Shown piece by piece: positions 56,465 through 64,000 of a stretch of DNA of 64,000 nt. The notes under the pieces were generated by a model that had not been told where the DNA came from, did no database searches, and worked only from the letters and a program-made list of their open reading frames with translations. The first letter of the stretch is position 1. The number at the start of each line of letters is the position of its first letter. The translations under genes and the position numbers were made by a program. Origin of the DNA: TPA_inf: Saccharomyces. Taxonomy: Eukaryota. The DNA is taken from positions 992,001-1,056,000 of the forward strand of contig BK006941.2 of the NCBI GenBank assembly GCA_000146045.2, written 5' to 3'.

Positions 56465-56797
56465 AGAGCCCGGCCAAACAAACATTACACATGTAATCGT
56501 ACATATTTACATAGAACCGTACACGCTTTTAGCCAAAAAAAAAAGAAAGGTAGAATATAAAATAAAAACTCGTATTTCGTATTAAGACAAATATACAGAA
56601 ATACAAATGAGATCATAAACGAACTAAAATAGGAAAATGAAAAAAAAAAAAAAAGATTAGCGAAGGCAAACCAGAAAGCAGTCCTTTGATATAACAGAGA
56701 AAAAGAAGATTATCAAAGCCTTAATTTAAAGTTAAAAATATTGGGTATCGTTTTTTAAATCAAGATTTTTTTTGTTTTTTTTTACAATTGAGTAGAC

Positions 56798-57958
56798 TTA
56801 TTCATTGGATAGAATACCCCAGTATTTTTCAACACCGTAAGCACCGTCGGCCTTCCAGTAGTCGTTGAAGGCAGTGAATAAGAAGGTATCAGCACCACAG
56901 GAGCTGGTAATGGCGGAAACAGCGTCCTTTTGATTTTCCTTAGATGGAACAGCAACACCGTAAGTCTCACCCTTTGATGGCCAACCAGACTCAGTGATAA
57001 CAACATTCTTCTTACCATCACAAGCAGTCCAGACTCTTTGGATTTGTTCTAGTAACCATTTACCGGAGTCTTGGGCAACTGTGTTCTTGTCAAAGTAAGC
57101 ATGGGCATTAACAGCCATGTAGTCGGAGTAGTCACACAATTCAGGGTTGTTGATCACAGCAATAAAAGTATCAACAGAAACAACTGGACCAGTGTAACCG
57201 GCAGCCTTCAAGGCAGATCTACCAGAGTCAATGTATTGACCGACTTGGGATGGGGTAGCTTGGTTACCGTTAACCAATTCGTTACCAATGGAAACAGTGG
57301 TGACATCGTCCCAAGAACCGTAAGATTCAACAGCAGACTTGATGGTGTTGACACCGTCTTGGATTTGGTCAACGTAGTAAATACCTAAAAAGACTTTTTG
57401 GTTCGAAGCCTTAGCCTTGAAAACATTTTCAACTTGGTTACAGTCGGTACCGTACAATCTAATGACTGGGAAGTCAGTCAATTGAGCTAAATCGGAAGCA
57501 ACTTCCGAAGCGGATTTACAAGCACCGCTGGACTCGTATGGGGTATAAGTGATACCTCTGACACCAGAGGCAAAGCTGCTGACGTCTTCGCCGGAAGAAC
57601 TAGAGGAAGAAGCTTGGGAGGAAGAGGAAGATTGAGTAGATGTAGCAGCAGAGCTGGAGGCTGGAGATGCGGCAGCAGAAACTTGTGAGTTGTTCTCAGA
57701 AGAGGAAGCAGCAGCGGTAGCTACAGAAGCAGCAGACGATGTTGTACTGGTAGCGGCAGCTGGAGCGGAGTTGACAACAGCATTTTCTTCCAAAGCAGCA
57801 ACTGGAGTTGAAGCGGCACCATTAACAATGATAGTGGTTTGTTTTTGAACAGTGGTAGTGACCACAGCACGCTTGTCCTTGTGTTCGTGGTTAGCGGGAG
57901 CAGCAAGAGTAGCAGCAGATAAAAGAGAGGCAGAAGCAATTAGGTTAGAGAGACGCAT
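56798..57958 (-). CDS. SCW4: Soluble cell-wall glucanase, glycoside hydrolase family 17, 386 aa
   Basis: A signal peptide, a Ser/Ala/Thr-rich linker and a C-terminal GH17 domain (ITESGWPS). Length matches YGR279C. Confidence 0.92.
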   Translation of the reverse strand: MRLSNLIASASLLSAATLAAPANHEHKDKRAVVTTTVQKQTTIIVNGAASTPVAALEENAVVNSAPAAATSTTSSAASVATAAASSSENNSQVSAAASPASSSAATSTQSSSSSQASSSSSSGEDVSSFASGVRGITYTPYESSGACKSASEVASDLAQLTDFPVIRLYGTDCNQVENVFKAKASNQKVFLGIYYVDQIQDGVNTIKSAVESYGSWDDVTTVSIGNELVNGNQATPSQVGQYIDSGRSALKAAGYTGPVVSVDTFIAVINNPELCDYSDYMAVNAHAYFDKNTVAQDSGKWLLEQIQRVWTACDGKKNVVITESGWPSKGETYGVAVPSKENQKDAVSAITSSCGADTFLFTAFNDYWKADGAYGVEKYWGILSNE

Positions 57959-58909
57959 ATTTTTCTAGTTTGCTTTTCGGTATGGCTTGCTAGTATATAA
58001 ACGATTGTAGATGTAAAAGAATGACTTAGTTGGATTTAGTTAGATATCTAGCTGGACCTTTGTGTAAACACTATTAAAAGAATAGAATAAGGGCTAAAAG
58101 AACTACTAAACAGAAAACAATTATGACAGAAGATAAAGAATACATATCTATTAGTTTTATAAAACAGAGATCTTCTCCTCGAGGAATGGGAGAAAACAGA
58201 AAAAAAAAAACAAAAACAACGGTGCCGTTTTTGAAACAACACCACAAGAGAAAATTTCTGAAAAAAATGCGCGTGAAAAGGAATCATGTGCCTATTTTCC
58301 TCATTTGGAGAGGCTAAACGAAAAGGGAAAAGAGGTGCGTTGCGCGTGTTTCTAGGGAGAAGATCCTATTGCAGCAGGGTGTCGCGCGAAAAGCGGTGCC
58401 TACAAATTACAAAACCCTCTGGGAAATGACCGTGCAGGGTCGTTTGTGGATGCATCTCGATTAGGCCGGGCTAGGCATCTTGATTCTTTCCCAAAATGGA
58501 GTTAACGAGCTCGATTGGGCGTTAATTGATGGATTTGGTTACACTGATACGAATTGAGCCCGTTTATCATTCATGCAGCGGCTTTATGGAGGGTGTGGAA
58601 GACGTTAGCGATGTTATGCTTTCCACTTGCTCTACTATCTTCCATCAAACCCACCTAATAAAGCTGAAGGTTTTGCAGGGGCAGAAGTCGTGGCGCAATA
58701 AGTTCAATAAATACTTATAATATTACTTACTAGTTTAATCATGTATGTAAAAACTCGTTGCGGTATGCTGTCGTACTGGCACACATTTTTTTTTTTCATT
58801 TTTATTTGCTTTTTTCTTTGGCACCGGGGAAGAATTTTTCCCCACTCTATATATCTTGCTGCGTGTGCAGACTGGCCAGCTGCTCACACAATGAAACGCA
58901 ATGGAATGT

Positions 58910-59725
58910 TTAGTCGTTTGTTATCATAAAGATCTCATTCAGTGCCTTGGAGTCCATCAACGCGGCCCTCTTTTGTTTTATCCATTTGGAGCGCACCGAT
59001 AGTCTTGTGTTTACCGCATCGGGGATATTGGATGCAGATTCACTAGATTTTAATTTTGACGTCTTTTTCGTTTCTTTGGTCTTTTCCGCCCTTTTTTCCT
59101 TCTTCAATCTCTTCTCTTCCTTTTTATGTTTCTTATGCTCCTTTTTGTCCTTCTTGTCTTTTTTCTTGTCTTTCTTATGCTTTTTGTGCTTCTTGTGCTT
59201 CTTTTTATCACTGTCTTTATCCTCTTTGTCGTCATCATCTTCATCTTCGCTATCGTCTCCTTCCCTCTTTCGTTTCTTCGCGTTGGAGTAATTTCTTAAC
59301 TTGTGAGTCTTTGGATCCCACGTGCTTGCTAAAACTTCACCCTTCACAAAATGGATACCCCATTTTCCGTCAATAATCTTCTGCTTTCTCTGCGTGTCCA
59401 ATTCCTCTGATATTTTGCTTTCCTTTCCGTTCAGCCTACCAAGAATTCGCTGGAAGACATCCAACCCTGCGCATTCACCATTATCAAACTCGTCTTTTTT
59501 GTCTTTACGTTTTAATTTAGCACCGAGCCCAACGTTGTCGTCCTTAATTGACACTTTGATATGCGAAGTGTTCGAATTCATGGGGGATAACCCCAGACCC
59601 ATACCGGGTTTCCATCCAAACTTTTCTAGAAATTGGTGCCCGAATCTCGAGGTGTCGTTACTCCATGCCGTATTTCTGGGGTCTAAACCAAACCGCTGTT
59701 TGGTTCTTGTAGCTGCCAAACCCAT
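58910..59725 (-). CDS. PXR1: G-patch nucleolar protein (snoRNA processing, telomerase inhibitor), 271 aa
   Basis: An N-terminal G-patch (FGHQFLEKFGWKPGMGLG) and a Lys-rich KK[HDE]KK periodic repeat. Length matches YGR280C. Confidence 0.92.
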   Translation of the reverse strand: MGLAATRTKQRFGLDPRNTAWSNDTSRFGHQFLEKFGWKPGMGLGLSPMNSNTSHIKVSIKDDNVGLGAKLKRKDKKDEFDNGECAGLDVFQRILGRLNGKESKISEELDTQRKQKIIDGKWGIHFVKGEVLASTWDPKTHKLRNYSNAKKRKREGDDSEDEDDDDKEDKDSDKKKHKKHKKHKKDKKKDKKDKKEHKKHKKEEKRLKKEKRAEKTKETKKTSKLKSSESASNIPDAVNTRLSVRSKWIKQKRAALMDSKALNEIFMITND

Positions 59726-59780
59726 TCTGCTTCTTTGTTTAATGGTGTAAGCTGCCTATATGTTACTATTGAGTACTCAT

Positions 59781-59809
59781 CTCATCGCTTCTTTCAGAAC
59801 AAAATTTTT
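59781..59809 (-). promoter_or_regulatory. PAC (GCGATGAG on the minus strand) plus RRPE (AAAATTTTT) in the PXR1 promoter
   Basis: The plus strand reads CTCATCGC at 59781-59788, the reverse complement of GCGATGAG, and AAAATTTTT at 59801-59809. These are 56-85 bp upstream of the PXR1 ATG. Confidence 0.55.
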
Positions 59810-60422
59810 CATATTTTTTTTTTTTCCTTTTCTTTTTTTTTTTTTCTTTGACTGTTACCCGGTTGTTTATATTTGTAGGAAAACAACAACGACAGAGAAA
59901 ATATCCTTGCAGTGGCGGCTAATTTGTTAGTTGACTGATTGATCACCTTCACTTATTAAAGTAAAATCAGCATACAAGAGATCAGAAGGGAGAAAGAGAG
60001 TGGGCAAGGCTATAGTACTTTGAAGAAAGCATCTTTGAACCGACCAGTTCTCTTCACAAGCAAAATCTATATGACTAACCGCAAGGGGCAAAGGGTTGTG
60101 AGAGGGCCCGTCTTTCTCCCGCTATAGCCGTCACTGGTATCCCTCCTGGCTGCACAAATCCGATAGAAAGGGGAAGAAGGAAGTTTAGTGCCACCTTATA
60201 GCACGCAGTTACTGTTTACGCTAAGGAGAGGCATACTCAATTTTTATTAGTCGCCTTCTTTAGTTGCTGCGTTTTTATCCACGGTTCTCTACTAAATGCT
60301 TGCGATAAGCGCTTCTATTTTCCTCCCCACCGCGAGGCGGAAATGGCACATTTTTTTTCTTTTGCTTCTGTGCTTTTGTTGTAATTTTTGGCATGTGCTA
60401 TTGTATGAAGATAACGCGTGGT

Positions 60423-60430
60423 TCCGTGGA
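60423..60430 (+). promoter_or_regulatory. Pdr1/Pdr3 response element variant (TCCGTGGA) in the YOR1 promoter
   Basis: One mismatch from the palindromic PDRE consensus TCCGCGGA, about 400 bp upstream of the YOR1 ATG. A related CCGTGGAA lies at 60477-60484. Pdr1 and Pdr3 are known to regulate YOR1. Confidence 0.55.
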
Positions 60431-60635
60431 AATAGCCGGAAATTTTGCCGGGAATATGACGGACATGATTTAACACCCGTGGAAATGAAAAAAGCCAAGG
60501 TAAGAAAGTGGCAATATTTTTCCTACAAATAGATCTGCTGTCCCTTAAATGATTACCATACATATATATATTTATTACACATCTGTCAGAGGTAGCTAGC
60601 GAAGGTGTCACTGAAATATTTTTTGTTCCAGTTAG

Positions 60636-60643
60636 TATAAATA
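60636..60643 (+). promoter_or_regulatory. TATA box (TATAAATA) of YOR1
   Basis: Consensus TATA about 185 bp upstream of the YOR1 ATG. Confidence 0.5.
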
Positions 60644-60823
60644 CGGAGGTAGAACAGCTCTCCGCGTGTATATCTTTTTTTGCGCTATACAAGAACAGGA
60701 AGAACGCATTTCCATACCTTTTTCTCCTTACAGGTGCCCTCTGAGTAGTGTCACGAACGAGGAAAAAGATTAATATTACTGTTTTTATATTCAAAAAGAG
60801 TAAAGCCGTTGCTATATACGAAT

Positions 60824-63800
60824 ATGACGATTACCGTGGGGGATGCAGTTTCGGAGACGGAGCTGGAAAACAAAAGTCAAAACGTGGTACTATCTCCCAA
60901 GGCATCTGCTTCTTCAGACATAAGCACAGATGTTGATAAGGACACATCGTCTTCTTGGGATGACAAATCTTTGCTGCCTACAGGTGAATATATTGTGGAC
61001 AGAAATAAGCCCCAAACCTACTTGAATAGCGATGATATCGAAAAAGTGACAGAATCTGATATTTTCCCTCAGAAACGTCTGTTTTCATTCTTGCACTCTA
61101 AGAAAATTCCAGAAGTACCACAAACCGATGACGAGAGGAAGATATATCCTCTGTTCCATACAAATATTATCTCTAACATGTTTTTTTGGTGGGTTCTACC
61201 CATCCTGCGAGTTGGTTATAAGAGAACGATACAGCCGAACGATCTCTTCAAAATGGATCCGAGGATGTCTATAGAGACCCTTTATGACGACTTTGAAAAA
61301 AACATGATTTACTATTTTGAGAAGACGAGGAAAAAATACCGTAAAAGACATCCAGAAGCGACAGAAGAAGAGGTTATGGAAAATGCCAAACTACCTAAAC
61401 ATACAGTTCTGAGAGCTTTATTATTCACTTTTAAGAAACAGTACTTCATGTCGATAGTGTTTGCAATTCTCGCTAATTGTACATCCGGTTTTAACCCCAT
61501 GATTACCAAGAGGCTAATTGAGTTTGTCGAAGAAAAGGCTATTTTTCATAGCATGCATGTTAACAAAGGTATTGGTTACGCTATTGGTGCATGTTTGATG
61601 ATGTTCGTTAACGGGTTGACGTTCAACCATTTCTTTCATACATCCCAACTGACTGGTGTGCAAGCTAAGTCTATTCTTACTAAAGCTGCCATGAAGAAAA
61701 TGTTTAATGCATCTAATTATGCGAGACATTGTTTTCCTAACGGTAAAGTGACTTCTTTTGTAACAACAGATCTCGCTAGAATTGAATTTGCCTTATCTTT
61801 TCAGCCGTTTTTGGCTGGGTTCCCTGCAATTTTGGCTATTTGCATTGTTTTATTGATCGTTAACCTTGGACCCATTGCCTTAGTTGGGATTGGTATTTTT
61901 TTCGGTGGGTTTTTCATATCCTTATTTGCATTTAAGTTAATTCTGGGCTTTAGAATTGCTGCGAACATCTTCACTGATGCTAGAGTTACCATGATGAGAG
62001 AAGTGCTGAATAATATAAAAATGATTAAATATTATACGTGGGAGGATGCGTATGAAAAAAATATTCAAGATATTAGGACCAAAGAGATTTCTAAAGTTAG
62101 AAAAATGCAACTATCAAGAAATTTCTTGATTGCTATGGCCATGTCTTTGCCTAGTATTGCTTCATTGGTCACTTTCCTTGCAATGTACAAAGTTAATAAA
62201 GGAGGCAGGCAACCTGGTAATATTTTTGCCTCTTTATCTTTATTTCAGGTCTTGAGTTTGCAAATGTTTTTCTTACCTATTGCTATTGGTACTGGAATTG
62301 ACATGATCATTGGATTGGGCCGTTTGCAAAGCTTATTGGAGGCTCCAGAAGATGATCCAAATCAGATGATTGAAATGAAGCCTTCTCCTGGCTTTGATCC
62401 AAAATTGGCTTTAAAAATGACACATTGCTCATTTGAGTGGGAAGATTATGAATTAAACGACGCTATTGAAGAAGCAAAAGGAGAAGCTAAAGATGAAGGT
62501 AAAAAGAACAAAAAAAAGCGTAAGGATACATGGGGTAAGCCATCTGCAAGTACTAATAAGGCGAAAAGATTGGACAATATGTTGAAAGACAGAGACGGCC
62601 CGGAAGATTTAGAAAAAACTTCGTTTAGGGGTTTCAAGGACTTGAACTTCGATATTAAAAAGGGCGAATTTATTATGATTACGGGACCTATTGGTACTGG
62701 TAAATCTTCATTATTGAATGCGATGGCAGGATCAATGAGAAAAACTGATGGTAAGGTTGAAGTCAACGGGGACTTATTAATGTGTGGTTATCCATGGATT
62801 CAAAATGCATCTGTAAGAGATAACATCATATTCGGTTCACCATTCAATAAAGAAAAGTATGATGAAGTAGTTCGTGTTTGCTCTTTGAAAGCTGATCTGG
62901 ATATTTTACCGGCAGGCGATATGACCGAAATTGGGGAACGTGGTATTACTTTATCTGGTGGTCAAAAGGCACGTATCAATTTAGCCAGGTCTGTTTATAA
63001 GAAGAAGGATATTTATCTATTCGACGATGTCCTAAGTGCTGTCGATTCTCGTGTTGGTAAACACATCATGGATGAATGTCTAACCGGAATGCTTGCTAAT
63101 AAAACCAGAATTTTAGCAACGCATCAATTGTCACTGATTGAGAGAGCTTCTAGAGTCATCGTTTTAGGTACTGATGGCCAAGTCGATATTGGTACTGTTG
63201 ATGAGCTAAAAGCTCGTAATCAAACTTTGATAAATCTTTTACAATTCTCTTCTCAAAATTCGGAGAAAGAGGATGAAGAACAGGAAGCGGTTGTTGCCGG
63301 TGAATTGGGACAACTAAAATATGAATCAGAGGTAAAGGAATTGACTGAACTGAAGAAAAAGGCTACAGAAATGTCACAAACTGCAAATAGTGGTAAAATT
63401 GTAGCGGATGGTCATACTAGTAGTAAAGAAGAAAGAGCAGTCAATAGTATCAGTCTGAAAATATACCGTGAATACATTAAAGCTGCAGTAGGTAAGTGGG
63501 GTTTTATCGCACTACCGTTGTATGCAATTTTAGTCGTTGGAACCACATTCTGCTCACTTTTTTCTTCCGTTTGGTTATCTTACTGGACTGAGAATAAATT
63601 CAAAAACAGACCACCCAGTTTTTATATGGGTCTTTACTCCTTCTTTGTGTTTGCTGCTTTCATATTCATGAATGGCCAGTTCACCATACTTTGCGCAATG
63701 GGTATTATGGCATCGAAATGGTTAAATTTGAGGGCTGTGAAAAGAATTTTACACACTCCAATGTCATACATAGATACCACACCTTTGGGACGTATTCTGA

Positions 63801-64000
63801 ACAGATTCACAAAAGATACAGATAGCTTAGATAATGAGTTAACCGAAAGTTTACGGTTGATGACATCTCAATTTGCTAATATTGTAGGTGTTTGCGTCAT
63901 GTGTATTGTTTACTTGCCGTGGTTTGCTATCGCAATTCCGTTTCTTTTGGTCATCTTTGTTCTGATTGCTGATCATTATCAGAGTTCTGGTAGAGAAATT
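60824..64000 (+). CDS. YOR1: ABCC-type plasma-membrane multidrug exporter (oligomycin resistance), N-terminal 1059 aa; the 3' end of the gene runs off the window end. Not in the ORF track.
   Basis: ATG at 60824 (MTITVGDAVSETELENKSQN...). The frame is open to the last base of the window. It covers the first transmembrane domain, the first nucleotide-binding domain (Walker A GPIGTGKSSL, signature LSGGQKARI, Walker B IYLFDD) and the start of the second transmembrane domain. Confidence 0.93.
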   Translation, partial: MTITVGDAVSETELENKSQNVVLSPKASASSDISTDVDKDTSSSWDDKSLLPTGEYIVDRNKPQTYLNSDDIEKVTESDIFPQKRLFSFLHSKKIPEVPQTDDERKIYPLFHTNIISNMFFWWVLPILRVGYKRTIQPNDLFKMDPRMSIETLYDDFEKNMIYYFEKTRKKYRKRHPEATEEEVMENAKLPKHTVLRALLFTFKKQYFMSIVFAILANCTSGFNPMITKRLIEFVEEKAIFHSMHVNKGIGYAIGACLMMFVNGLTFNHFFHTSQLTGVQAKSILTKAAMKKMFNASNYARHCFPNGKVTSFVTTDLARIEFALSFQPFLAGFPAILAICIVLLIVNLGPIALVGIGIFFGGFFISLFAFKLILGFRIAANIFTDARVTMMREVLNNIKMIKYYTWEDAYEKNIQDIRTKEISKVRKMQLSRNFLIAMAMSLPSIASLVTFLAMYKVNKGGRQPGNIFASLSLFQVLSLQMFFLPIAIGTGIDMIIGLGRLQSLLEAPEDDPNQMIEMKPSPGFDPKLALKMTHCSFEWEDYELNDAIEEAKGEAKDEGKKNKKKRKDTWGKPSASTNKAKRLDNMLKDRDGPEDLEKTSFRGFKDLNFDIKKGEFIMITGPIGTGKSSLLNAMAGSMRKTDGKVEVNGDLLMCGYPWIQNASVRDNIIFGSPFNKEKYDEVVRVCSLKADLDILPAGDMTEIGERGITLSGGQKARINLARSVYKKKDIYLFDDVLSAVDSRVGKHIMDECLTGMLANKTRILATHQLSLIERASRVIVLGTDGQVDIGTVDELKARNQTLINLLQFSSQNSEKEDEEQEAVVAGELGQLKYESEVKELTELKKKATEMSQTANSGKIVADGHTSSKEERAVNSISLKIYREYIKAAVGKWGFIALPLYAILVVGTTFCSLFSSVWLSYWTENKFKNRPPSFYMGLYSFFVFAAFIFMNGQFTILCAMGIMASKWLNLRAVKRILHTPMSYIDTTPLGRILNRFTKDTDSLDNELTESLRLMTSQFANIVGVCVMCIVYLPWFAIAIPFLLVIFVLIADHYQSSGREI

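Overview
This window is a stretch of budding-yeast nuclear DNA, and I did not find a novel system in it. It matches the right arm of Saccharomyces cerevisiae chromosome VII from YGR250C to YGR281W. I based that on protein content, gene order and the lengths of each protein, which I recalled from memory; I ran no database search. I place 29 protein-coding genes in order: RIE1 (5' part only, runs off the window start), NOP19, GCN5, PUP2, ENO1, COQ6, GND2, MTM1, RAD2, TNA1, APL6, BUD32, SAY1, MES1, YGR266W, FOL2, HUA1, YTA7, SLH1, EFG1, YGR273C, TAF1, RTT102, RNH70, CAB4, CWC22, SCW4, PXR1 and YOR1 (5' part only, runs off the window end). One tRNA-Thr(UGU) gene sits between COQ6 and GND2. Two of these genes, RIE1 and YOR1, are absent from the supplied ORF track because their stop codons lie outside the window. 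Several track ORFs begin at non-ATG codons (GTG or TTG printed as M). For NOP19, BUD32, MES1, YGR266W, FOL2 and RTT102 I therefore moved the start to the first internal ATG that gives the known protein length. There is no CRISPR array, prokaryotic operon, transposon or Ty LTR. The things worth a second look are cis-regulatory: textbook promoter motifs that fit the function of their genes, two unusually long ORF-free intergenic regions with GC-rich islands (1276-3638 and 18767-20484), and very tight convergent gene pairs. There are also simple-sequence repeats, some inside coding regions. Apart from the two long intergenic regions and a possible acceptor-stem mismatch in the tRNA, everything here is ordinary annotated yeast genome.
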